64,000 nucleotides of DNA from Anthoceros angustus (Eukaryota; Plantae; Anthocerotophyta): contig VJWM01000119.1 of assembly GCA_010909165.1 (NCBI GenBank), positions 682,001 to 746,000 of the forward strand, given 5' to 3'. Below, piece after piece: positions 31,964-43,400 of this stretch. The notes beneath the pieces are model-generated. The model saw only the letters and a program-made list of their open reading frames with translations. It had not been told where the DNA came from and made no database searches. The position numbers and the translations under genes are program-made. Position 1 is the first letter of the stretch, and each line of letters starts with the position of its first letter.

Positions 31964-34888
31964 ATGGCCATTGTGTGGCAATCGGACCGTTTGTGGACCC
32001 AACAAAATGGCGGATGTACTGGGATTCTAGGAAGGGGTAGCGCTCACCTCACCTTAGGGAGTCAATCGGTTGGGAACAACCAAGCCTCCAGGTGCGGCAG
32101 TGTGACAAACCCAGCACTTCCGACAAAATGGATGGCTGGGGAAGGATTTTCTGCCGATGGAGGTCGCCAGGAGAAGGAGAAGGAGCTCGAGCACGAGCAT
32201 TTGTGGCGACAATTTTTTCTGGACCCTGCCATGTGGTGGGATAACAGGCGAGGTAAGAAAAACTCTTGTTCGCCCGATTTCCGGCGTAAGGGATCCGGCG
32301 AGGTCCTCTGGTTAAACAGCATGTTCAAACCAGCTTGGGTGGATGAGCAGCTCGTTTCTTTGGATATGCAGATGGGTGATGCTGCCTCGCCTACCAAGTC
32401 GAGCTCTCCGGATAAGCCTGAGTCTGGCAGGCGTGCAGGATCGGAAATGGGCGTGGTAACGGCGATGGAAGTGTGCACCTTCTGTCGGCAGGGGAAGCCT
32501 ACGGAGGCCGTTGGAGCTCTGGAATCTCTGGCGCAGATGGACTACCCTATTTCTCGATCTCTCTTTTACACTGTGCTAAAGCTGTGTGCAGCTAAGAAGG
32601 ACCTGGTTATGGGGCGACGAGTTCATGATCTCATTGTCAAACTTGGGTACGAGTCAAATACGTACCTGGGAAACCATATTTTGCGCATGTATGCAGGTGC
32701 AGGTAGGCTGCAGGAGGCCATGGATGTGTTCACCAGGGTGGGGAGACCAGATGCCTTCATGTGGTTTTCCATAATCTCCGCACATGCGAAACATGGCAGA
32801 CCCATTGAGGGCATCCATTTGTACCATGAGCTGCAAAGCTCAGGTTTGAAGGCTGATGCTCACATCTTTGTTGCAGCTCTTCAAGCTTGTGCGCTTGCTG
32901 CCGACTTGGTGTCTGGCAGAAAAGTGCACTGTGATGTGTTGCAAAGTGGTGTTCCTCCTAACTTGTTTGTTGGCAGCTGCCTGGTGGACATGTATGCAAA
33001 ATGTGGCGAATTGGAGGAAGCACACAGGGTTTTTGACAGCTTGGCAAGAAAAGATGTGGTGACATGGAATGCCCTGATATCTGGATATGCAAATCGTGGG
33101 CTCGGCCAAGAGGCGCTTGTTGTGTATGGACAAATGGAGCAGGAGGGCCAGGTTGTGGGTAACGATGTTACTTTTGCTTGCCTTTTAAAGGCCTGTGCAG
33201 CCGCTGGTGCCTTACACAAAGGCAGGCAGCTGCACTCACAGATTGTGAAAAGAGGACAGCTAGATAACACACTTGTGGGCACTTGCCTGGTGGACATGTA
33301 TGCAAAGTGTGGGAAACTGGAAGATGCACGCCAGGTGTTTGACAGCCTGACTACAAAAAATTTGGCAACATGGAATGCCCTGATTGCTGGGTATGCACAA
33401 CAAGGCCTCGGCCAAGAGGCACTTGTTCTGTATGCACAAATGGAGCAAGAGGGCCTGTTTGTGGCTGATGAGATCACCTTTGCTTGCCTTCTGAAGGCCT
33501 GTGCAAGTGCTGGTGCGATACAGAAGGGCAGGAACCTGCACTCACAAATTGTGGAACGAGCCCAGCTAGGTAACATAGTATTGGGCAACGGCCTGGTGGA
33601 CATGTATGCAAAATGTGGTGAACTGGAAGTTGCACGCCAGGTATTTGAGAGCTTGGCCATAAAGGATGTAGTGTCGTGGACTGCCCTGATTTCTGGATAT
33701 GCACAGCAAGGTCTTAGCCATGAGGCGCTTGCTCTGTATGAACATATGGAGCAGGAGGGCCTGATCGTGGCTGACGACGTTGCTTTTGCTTGCCTTCTGA
33801 AGGCCTGTGCAAGCGCTGGTGCCTTACAGAAGGGCAAGCAGCTACACTCTCAGATTGTGGAAAGAGGACAGCTGGATAGCATACTTGTAGGCACTAGCCT
33901 GGTGGACATGTATGCAAAGTGCGGCAAACTGGAAGATGCACGCCGGGTTTTTGACAGCTTGGTCTCAAAGGACGTGGTGACATGGAATGCCCTGATAGGT
34001 GGTTGTGGTACTTGTGATGAGGGTCACAACGCATTAGCTTGCTTTGAGGAGATGTTAGTTGCTGGCATTCAGCCTGATCATGCCACCTATACTTGCCTTC
34101 TAGTAGCATGTAGTCATGGGGGGCTAGTGAATGAGGGTCGTAAGCACTTTGATTCCATGGCTGAACAACAAGGCATAGAACCTACTACTGAGCATTACAA
34201 CTGCATGATTGATCTTCTTGGGCGTGCAGGCCATTTAGATGAGGCAGAAAGTATGCTGATATTATGTGGGAGCCAAAGCAACCTTGTAGGGTTGACATCT
34301 CTGCTTAATGCCTGCAAAAATTACGGAGATATAGAGAGGGCAACCCGGTGTTTTGAGAAGCTGGTTAGACTGGAGCCTCAGTGTGCATCTGCGTATGTGC
34401 TCATGGCCAATGCCTATGCAGATGCGGGTATGTGGACTGATGTAGCGAGGATTGAAACGCAGAGAATGGTAGCGGGAGCTAGTAAGAAACCTGCAATGGC
34501 GGGCATTGAGGTGAAGAATCAGGTACATACATTTGTGGTGGGAGATAACAGAGATGATATTGCGTTGAAGGTAGAGAGCATGAATGCACGTCTGAAGTAC
34601 GAAGGGGGGCACGTACCGCACACAAAGTTGGTGTTGAAGCCACTGTCTGAGAAGGAAAAGGAAGATGTTCTTTGTGGGCATGCTGAGAAGCTGGCTCTGG
34701 CGTTTGGTCTCTTGAATACTCCGAGTGGGACACCTCTGGTGGTAACAAAGAATTTACGGATGTGCATTGACTGCCATAGTTCTACTGAAATTATGTCAAG
34801 GGTTGAAAAGAGAAACATTGTTGTCAGGGATGGGTATCGAGTGCATCGATTTGCAGCTGGTGGTTGCAGTTGTAAGGGTCGACCGTGA
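31964..34888 (+). CDS. Gene G: intact PDF-PLS-E1-E2-DYW:KP (GRP) factor, ~974 aa from the aligned ATG
   Basis: Open frame 31859-34888. MAIVWQSDRLWTQQ aligns with the paralog starts. Ends HAEKLA...CIDCH...CSCKGRP. Confidence 0.95.
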   Translation: MAIVWQSDRLWTQQNGGCTGILGRGSAHLTLGSQSVGNNQASRCGSVTNPALPTKWMAGEGFSADGGRQEKEKELEHEHLWRQFFLDPAMWWDNRRGKKNSCSPDFRRKGSGEVLWLNSMFKPAWVDEQLVSLDMQMGDAASPTKSSSPDKPESGRRAGSEMGVVTAMEVCTFCRQGKPTEAVGALESLAQMDYPISRSLFYTVLKLCAAKKDLVMGRRVHDLIVKLGYESNTYLGNHILRMYAGAGRLQEAMDVFTRVGRPDAFMWFSIISAHAKHGRPIEGIHLYHELQSSGLKADAHIFVAALQACALAADLVSGRKVHCDVLQSGVPPNLFVGSCLVDMYAKCGELEEAHRVFDSLARKDVVTWNALISGYANRGLGQEALVVYGQMEQEGQVVGNDVTFACLLKACAAAGALHKGRQLHSQIVKRGQLDNTLVGTCLVDMYAKCGKLEDARQVFDSLTTKNLATWNALIAGYAQQGLGQEALVLYAQMEQEGLFVADEITFACLLKACASAGAIQKGRNLHSQIVERAQLGNIVLGNGLVDMYAKCGELEVARQVFESLAIKDVVSWTALISGYAQQGLSHEALALYEHMEQEGLIVADDVAFACLLKACASAGALQKGKQLHSQIVERGQLDSILVGTSLVDMYAKCGKLEDARRVFDSLVSKDVVTWNALIGGCGTCDEGHNALACFEEMLVAGIQPDHATYTCLLVACSHGGLVNEGRKHFDSMAEQQGIEPTTEHYNCMIDLLGRAGHLDEAESMLILCGSQSNLVGLTSLLNACKNYGDIERATRCFEKLVRLEPQCASAYVLMANAYADAGMWTDVARIETQRMVAGASKKPAMAGIEVKNQVHTFVVGDNRDDIALKVESMNARLKYEGGHVPHTKLVLKPLSEKEKEDVLCGHAEKLALAFGLLNTPSGTPLVVTKNLRMCIDCHSSTEIMSRVEKRNIVVRDGYRVHRFAAGGCSCKGRP

Positions 34889-35559
34889 GATTGAAGAAGG
34901 ACTAGACATTGTACAGCAGGTGGAATGTTCCATGTCGTGTGAACATTCAGGAGTCCGTTCCAATAGGATGTGGGCGGTGTAAGAGAGTGGACTATGCGGA
35001 ACACATAGTATGAACTGCAGTCCACTTTTCTTCTCTTTGTACTTGTTGACCATGCTCCGTTGTGATGTTCACTCCGTTTTGACCTCTGGGGCATCGGTGG
35101 GCGACGAGGTCAATTTGGAGTGTCCCCTTTGCTGCTAGGGCTGCCTTCGCTCCCATTGCGGCTGGCGATCAGAGCTTACTATGTGTTGCACACAATACAC
35201 TGGGGGGCAAAGGTTTGTGTCGTGGGGATCGAGTGCGCACAACTAGGTGCATCAGTTGGCCCCGCAGATGGATCTGAAGATGGATTTTTGGCCCCGCAGC
35301 AGGAAACGCGCCCGGTGGTTCGGCCCCGCAGAAGAAACGCGTGCAGTGGGCCACAAGTGAGCCATGATCGCATGGGACAGTTCCAACAGCAACGAGGAAC
35401 GGAGCGGGGACACTACCAACCAGGTTCGTCCCGCGAAACGGGGAATTGTAAAATTCTTGAGGATCCGATTCCCCATCGCCTGTCGGGCCTCAAGTTCGGA
35501 AATGAATGGAAGATGGAAGTTCATCACTTTATCATTTTTCTTATGTTAGCTTATTTTCA

Positions 35560-36500
35560 TTTATGTTAGCTTCAGGTACTTTAAATTAGTTCATAGAAAA
35601 TATATGAAACATTAAAGTAGACCTTCAGGCTAGTCATAGATGATAATGGTAATAATCGTTGGCATGGAGAGCATTGAAAAGACTCTAACAAAAGCCAAAC
35701 TAATGTGCATAAGACATTACGTTTAACCTCCATACAACTTGCCATCCACTTTCATGTTAGATTCGTTTTTGTTAGTTATTTCAAGTGTTTATACAATGTT
35801 GAGCTCGTTATGTTAGGTTAGGCTCATTTGGATTAGCTTTTTCGTTTTTTTTTTTTTTATACAACTTTAAGAAAGTTTATGTTGGGTTAGGAACATTTAT
35901 GTTAGCTTCGATTACTTTATATTAGTTCATAGATATGATATGACACATCAAAGTAGACCCTTAAGGTAGTTAGAGTAACAAGACTAACACCAACTAAGAC
36001 CAAAATAGTTAGACTAACAATCACTGTCATGGAGAGTAATGGAAAAGACCCTAACAAAAACGAGACTAGTGCACACCAAACTTAGACGTAACCTCCATGC
36101 AACCTGCCATCCTCTAGTCTATGTTGTTAAGTTATTTCATATTAGTTTTCTTTTTGGTTCATGCAACCGGCCATCCTTTAGTTGATGTTCAGTTATTTCA
36201 TGATAATTTTTTTTTCCATGTGTGCAACCTGCCATCCTCTAGCTGATGTTGTTAAGTTATTTTATATTAGTTTTCTTTTTGGTTCATAATTTCACGTGTG
36301 CTGCTATAATGTCAAGTATGTTTATGTTAAGTTAGGTTCATTTATGTTAGTTTCTGTTACTTTATACTAGTTCATAGAAAAGACTTGAAATATCAAAGTA
36401 GACCTTCAAGCTAGTTAGAGTAACAAGACTATCACCATCTAATACCAAAACAACCAGAGTAACAATCATGTCATGGAGAGCAATGGACAAAACCCTAACA
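35560..36500. repeat. AT-rich degenerate tandem repeat (~3 units of 330-440 bp) with nested short repeats
   Basis: Recurrent tttatgttag.ttc..tacttta.a.tagttcataga and aaagtagacc.tt.a.g.tagt near 35560, 35895 and 36340. atgcaacc.gccatcct.tag recurs at ~36095-36240. Confidence 0.6.
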
Positions 36501-37052
36501 GAATCCAAAGTAGAGTGCACCACTGAATCTCCCCGCATATTGAGTCGTTGAGCTCGCATTTTGAGGTCTTGATTTTTTTGTTACACACGGGTGTCACTTG
36601 GAACATTATAACGATGTTCGCGGCAGGAGTGTCGACCATGTCAAAATTTTCAGCACAAAAAAAACAAGCCTTCATAGCAACGTCCAGAGGTCATAGACCA
36701 CAAGGATTCCTCCAAATGCGACTCAACCGCAGCGTCCAAGTGTGGCTCTACTGACCCGGAGGCTTTCTCGGCAAGCTCCTTGCCTTGGGTCTCACCAGAG
36801 TTGAGCTCTAGTGGCCCCCTCTCCACTAGCCCTTCTATCGGTGGCCCCCTCTTCGTGATCGGGCAATCGCCAAGATATTGAGAAAATATCCAACCTTGTG
36901 GTTTTGAGGAGGGCATGGGGACCTGGAGTTGTGGGTACTAGTCTTACCTGGTAGACGTATGAATGCAACATGTACCGAACTGTAGTGGTTTGGAAATTTG
37001 TGTAGTGGTTGAAAATTTGTTTTGTGGTTTGGAAATTTTTTGCAGCCGCTAT

Positions 37053-37202
37053 GAAAGTCTGTTATGTACCAAACTTGGTGGGCAAGTATTTCCTAGTCTG
37101 TTTGCTCGACATCGTTTGTTGTGTGGTGAAAGTGTGTTATGTACCAAACTTGGTGAGCAAGTATTTCCCAATCTGTTTGCTCGACATGTTTGTTGTGTGG
37201 TG
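37053..37202. repeat. ~77-bp tandem duplication
   Basis: gaaagt.tgttatgtaccaaacttggtg.gcaagtatttcc...tctgtttgctcgacat(c)gtttgttgtgtggt x2. Confidence 0.85.
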
Positions 37203-37491
37203 ACGACAATGATCATAATTGACGACACCGACACTAGATGCTCTTCCTCGTGCACACGGCTTTGGAGTTCTTATGAAACATCCATGTGAAGAGAAGAAAT
37301 AAGGGCTCGTATTTTTTCTAAGCACATGATTCGATAGAAGGAGACGCACTCGTAATTGTGCGGCTCAAAACAGGGTCCCCGGATTTTTCATTATTTACTT
37401 ATCGTTAAAAAACTATAATGATCTCAAATCCAGGGGAAAACCCCCTTCGGCGTTATGGGGTTAAGTGACGACGGGCCCAAAAGTCGCTCGT

Positions 37492-40439
37492 GCAGTGTCA
37501 TTTGACCCGTCCCAAGCTTCGGTCCGGTCCGGTCCGGCATGTGTTAAAAAACATGGGGACCGGAGGTTCTTGAGTCCGGTCCCCACCTCCCACCCTCGGT
37601 CCCCTATTTTTCGGGACCGAGGGTTCATAAAAGGTCCGGTTTAAAATTAGTAAATTACTTAATTTTATATCCAAGGATTTATATTTATTATGGACACATG
37701 GACCCATCTTATAATCGGTATGGTCATAAAGACACTTACCATGGATCTATGGGCTATGTCTTTATTTATCTAATACCATCCATGGCCTATTAATACACCT
37801 TTATTCTATGAGATTTTATTAGCTTATTTTGATACATCTATAAAAAGTAGATATGTAATATTTTGCTTTGAATGTAGTTATTAATGTATACAATAATTTG
37901 TTGATATGCACGCTCATCCATGAAGATGGACTAAGATATGGTATCTCAACCATAGGCTTACATAGGACTCTTATCCTATCATGCTATGAATAGACACCCT
38001 TCAAGAGTACATAAGGCCACAACACTAGCATTGGAGCATCACTCATTGTTGCTCTCCTCATTGTGGTGTGCTTGTTGTTCTTCTTTCTTGCTTCTTATTC
38101 TTCTTCTTTGCTCCTTGTTGTTCTTTCTTGGTAAGGGCTCTTTTTTTAGAGCTCATCTCTTTTGAGCTCTTTAGGTTTAGAGTTCATTTTGTTTGAGCTC
38201 ATCTCTTTTAAGCTCTTCTCTTTTAAAGCTTTGTTTTTGGCTCTTCATTTGCTATATTAATTTTTAAAAATTTGCGGTAAAGATGGCTCATTTTCTCAAA
38301 GTTCAGATCCGGGTTTTTGGAGGGCTCCACGTGATGACCAAACAAGGAGTGGCGACAATAGCCAAACAAGCCAACCGAGTCAAAAGAGACAAAAGGTGCA
38401 AAAGGCAAGAGTCTTCAAGGAAGAATGGAAGGTTGCATTTCATTGGGTGGAGTTGCTCAATCAATGGAGAGAATCGAATGTTTTGTGTTGTTTGTGAAAA
38501 ACATGGTCATGGTGTAGTGGGACAAGCTAAGGTCACACTCAAGCTTGGGTAAAAGTTGGCGTCGAACTTTCAAGAGTGCATTGGAGGACCATGCAAGGAG
38601 TACATATCATTTAGCATCATCAAGATGGAGCAAGCCAAGCCAAGGCTCAACAACCAACCATGCAACGAACTTTGGAAATGCATTTTTCCAAAAGGATAAG
38701 GAGATTCTCAACTTGTTGAAGTTCGCTTATTTCATTGCTAAGAAGGATTTGAGTTTCCATATGTACGAGGACCTTTGTGAGTTCATGGGGATATTGGAGT
38801 GGAAGGCATTCCGAGGTGAAGACATATGGTTCATATCTTACAGATAGTGCTTGCAAGGAGCATGTGGTTCTCATAGCCAATTTTTACGCGAACAATGTAA
38901 GGAGAGGTTGCGTGCAAGTCCATGGTATGGGATACTCATAGATGAGGGATGATAAGGCGATGGTGCAACACATAATTATTTATGTGTATTATTTGCATAT
39001 GAGTACTTAACGGAGTTTTGAAGCTAGCCAACATAACAAGTGCACATGCGGAAGGGATCTTCAACGCCTTGGTTGAGCAATTGCAACTCTTTGATCCGGA
39101 CATCAAAATGAGTGGATTTGCAAGCGATGGAGCATCACCATGATTGGCAAGGCGAAGGCCAAGGAGATCACAATGTTGTGAAGTTTCATGAATGTGAATC
39201 CGTGATTTTGCTCAAACTCATTGTGTTGCCCATCGACGGTTGGCTTTCCGCAGAGGCAAAAGATCCAAGGTTCCCGACTTTGAGGTGGCAGACAAGATTG
39301 CCAAGAGGTCAAGCCATGAGTAAAATAGTTTGTCTATTACCAGCCTAAATTGGCCAAAAGCCAATAAGGGTCTAAGTAGTTCTTCTTCTTTGTAGGGGAA
39401 GACTGTCTTTCAAGCTTTACTAACTACTAAGGCCTTGTTTTCATTTCACTTTTTATCAGATATTTTAGAGGTCCTTAATTCCTTGAATACTAACTTTCAA
39501 CGTGATTATTTGGAGCCAGTTAGCATAGATCCCCTCATAGATTCTGTTGTTGAACAAGTCAAAAGTATGTATAAAGTTGATAGGGTGAGTATGGGAAGTA
39601 GAAAGCTTTTTTCTTTCATTGAAAACTTGAAAAAAAGTCATGGAGTATATAAGGGTTTTGTAATATCTGACTATTATGAAAGTGAACTAAGTTCTTGCAT
39701 TGCTAGTGCTAACAAATATGCTTTAGCTGTTGTTGATGCAGTGAATAATAAGTTTCCTGATCTTTGTGTGTTGCATGCTTGTCGTCTATTCAGTCCTAAA
39801 TTTTATCCGAAGATGCAGATGAGCGTATACAGTTAGTTAATAGTTTGTTAGAGGTATTGTTGAAAAAGTTTGGAACTAACTCTTTGGATGCAAATACTAA
39901 TGTTGTCGACCCTTTTGTAGTTGATGAGGTGTGTCAAGCTGAGTTGCTAACATTTGTGTCCATCTTGAAGTCTTCTTGTGCTGGATTGAGTATGTTAGCA
40001 GCTTACAAAATATACTCAACAACTCGGGAGTGGGTAGTACCGACATCTCTATGTTACGCCTTTGGGAATTATGTTTGGTCATACCTTGTAGTCATATATG
40101 TGAGCGGGGATTTTCTAAACAAAACTTTGTGATGAATAACATGAGAACTAATCTTAATATTTTGACCCTTGATGCATTGATGATTATATCCATCAATGGT
40201 CTGCCTGGTAAGGAGATGGATTGGAATGATATTTTTAAAGCTTGGAAAGACCAGCCCCGACGATAGAATATACTAGATATCTATATTTTATATTATTATT
40301 TATAAATTACTTATTTAATATTTATTATATTTAGTGACAAGGGTCGCAAAAAGGCACGGTCCCTGCTCGGTCTGGGACCGAGCGTAGCCAGGCTAGGCGG
40401 TCCCGGGGACTGAGATAGTACTCGGTCAAAATGACACCC
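37492..40439 (+). mobile_element. hAT-superfamily DNA transposon with imperfect TIRs and an exact 8-bp TSD
   Basis: TSD tcgctcgt at 37484-37491 and 40440-40447. Ends gcagtgtcatttgacccg / cggtcaaaatgacaccc. Clustered cggtcc/ggaccg subterminal repeats at both ends, and an internal transposase remnant. Confidence 0.85.
38283..40266 (+). pseudogene. Fragmented hAT transposase (zinc finger, DUF4371-like core, hAT dimerisation domain)
   Basis: MFCVVCEKHG; KSALEDHARSTYH; LLKFAYFIAKKDLSFHMYEDLCEF; SPWYGILIDE; GFASDGAS; FLSDILEVLNSLNTNFQ; LCLVIPCSHICERGFSKQNFVMNNMRTNL...LDALMIISING. Confidence 0.85.
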
Positions 40440-40494
40440 TCGCTCGTACCCTTCCCGTCTCTCGTCAAGAAGTTGCAGCCATGCATAAACGCCT

Positions 40495-43400
40495 TCAATA
40501 GTCAAAATTGGATTTATCTCCAACCACAAAACTGTGCACCAGGCCGTCCATGTCGGTCCACCAGCACTGGCCTGGCTGCTTCCATGCCCCTATTTCTTTC
40601 CGTCTCGTCTGCATCTCCTTTGCCTGCTCCCACATTTGGGCACTCGTATATATGTTCGACATCAGCACATATGCTGCGGCATCTTTCTTGTCCAGCTTAA
40701 CTGCTTCTTCAAAAGCATGGCGGCCCACCTCCACGCTCCTCCACTTTCCACAATTACCAAGTAGAGAGCGCCAAAGTGTGTCCTGAGGCTGTACAGGCAT
40801 GGTCCTAACAAGCGCTAGTGCCTCGTCAAGTTGGCCTGAGCGACCTAGGAGGTCCACCATGCATGAGTAGTGCTCTGCACCGGGATTGATGCCATAATCT
40901 CTGCTCATAGCCTCAAAGTACTCTTGCCCCTTGTTCACGAGGCCCGCATGACTACAGACAGTTAGCACACTAAGAAATGTGATGCCATCTGGCTGTATGC
41001 CATGTTCTCTCATTCGGCCGACCAAGTCAAAGACCAACGCACTGTCTCCTTGACGGGTGTATCCTGCTATAAGAGCATTCCAGGCAACGATGTGCTTTTT
41101 GGGCAATGCCTCAAACACCTGCTGGGCCTCATCAACGCTCCCCGATTTTGCATACATGTCAATCAAACTGATGGCTACGAACAAATCGTCTTGAAGCCCT
41201 AGTTCTTTGATCTCAACATGAAGATCCCTTCCCAGGTGCAAAGCTGCGACAATTGCACACGCTTGCAGGAGGCACACAAAAGTCACAGAATCGAGAGTGA
41301 CGCCTTCTTCTCGCATAGCTGTGTATAGCTGAAGGGCTTCGTGAGCCTTGCCCTGCTCAGAATATCCTGCTATCATGACATTCCACGTCACTACATCTTT
41401 CACCCTAAGTCCATCAAATACACTCCGAGCATCCTCTAGGCTACCACACTTTGCATACATGTTTATCAGATTGTTGCCAACAGTCACATGAGCCTGAAGG
41501 CCCTGTTCTTCAATCTGGGCATGAAGCCATTTCCCCTTCTCCAGTGCTGCGACACCCACACTGGCACATGCCTGCAGGAGACAGACATATGTTGCAGAGT
41601 TAGGTGCAGCTACACCTTCTTCTTGCATTGCAGTGTACAGATGGAGGGCTTCCTCACCCATGCCCTGCTGGGAATATCCTGATATCAGGGCAGTCCACGT
41701 CACCACCTCTTTTTGACGTAGTCCATCGAACACGTTCTGGGCATCCTGTAGACTGCCGCATTTGGCATACATGTCTATCAAACTGTTGGCTACAAACATA
41801 TCAGTTTGACGGCCCTGTTCTCGAATATGTCCATGAAGCTGCTTCCCCTTCTCCAAACCCAATTGACCCATGCTGGCACAGGCCTGCAGTAGACACGCAA
41901 ATGTCACAGAATCGGGTGGAACAAGCCCTTCATCTTGCATGGCACTGTAAAGACGAAAGGCTTCCTGACCCATGCCTTGCTCGGAGTATCTGGCTATCAG
42001 AGAGGTCCATGTCACCACATCTTTCTGTGAAAGCTGGTCAAAAATGCTCTGCGCATGCTGTAGGCTGCCACACCGTGCATACATGTTTATCAAACTGTTG
42101 GCTACAGATACATTTTCTTGAAGGCCCTGTCGGACAATCTGAGCATGAAGTTGCTTACCAATGTCTAGAGCCATGACACCGACACTTGCACATGCCTTCA
42201 GGAGGCACAGGAATGTCACTGAATTGAGTGGCTCGAGGCCTTCTTCTTGAATGGCACTGTAAAGATTGAGGGCTTCCTGACCCATGCCCTGGTGGGAATA
42301 TCCTGCTACCAAAGTGGTCCAAGTCACCACATCTTTTCGAGGCAGCTTGTCAAACACAGTCTGGGCAAGCTGTAGGCTGCCACACTTCATATACATGTTT
42401 ATCAAGCTGTTAGCAACAAACAGATCAGCTTGAAGCCCTTGCTCTTCAATCTCAGCATGAAGCTGCTTTCCCTTCTCAATGGCCATGATACCTAGACTTG
42501 CACATGCCTGCATGAGGCACACAAATGTTACAGAATTGGGTGGAAGGATGCCTGTGTTTCTCATAGCACCGTAAAGATGAAGAGCTTCATCACCCCTGCC
42601 TTGCTGGGAGTATCCTGCAATCATGGCATTCCATGTGACAACATCCTTTTGATGTAGCCCATCAAACACACCCTGAGCATCCTCCAGGCTGCCGCACTTC
42701 ACATACATATTTATCAGACTGTTGCCTATAGTCACATCCGATTGGAGGCCCTGGTCTTCAATCTGTGCATGAATCTGCTTACCCCTCTCCATGGCATCGG
42801 CACCAACACTCGCACATGCCTGCAGGAGGCAAACAAATGTCACAGAATTGGGTGCAGCTATGCCTTCTTCTTCCATTGCACTGTAAAGACGAAGAGCTTC
42901 CTGACCCATGCCTTGCTGGGAATATCCTGCTATCAAAGAGGTCCAGGTCACCACATCTTTTCGTGGAAGTCTGTCAAACACGCTCCGGGCATCCTCAAGG
43001 CTGCCACACTTCACATACATGTTTATCAAATTGTTGCTTACAAGCACGTCATTCTGGAGGCCTTCTTCTTTGATCTGTGAATGAAGCAGCTTCCCCTTTG
43101 CCAAAGCAGGGGTGCCAACACCTCCACATGCCTGCAGTACGCAATTAAATGTCACAGAATCAGGTGATGTGACCCCTTCTTCTCGCATAAAACTATAGAG
43201 ACGAAGGGCTTCCTGATTCTTGCCTTGCTGGAAATATCCCGCTATCATCGCATTCCACGTGACCACATCTTTGTGACGAAGTCCGTCAAACACCCCCTGA
43301 GCATCTTCCAAGCTGCCACACTTTGCATACATGTCTACCAAGCAATTAGACACAAATAAATGAGGTTCAACGCCACACGCCAACACATCAGCATGCACTT

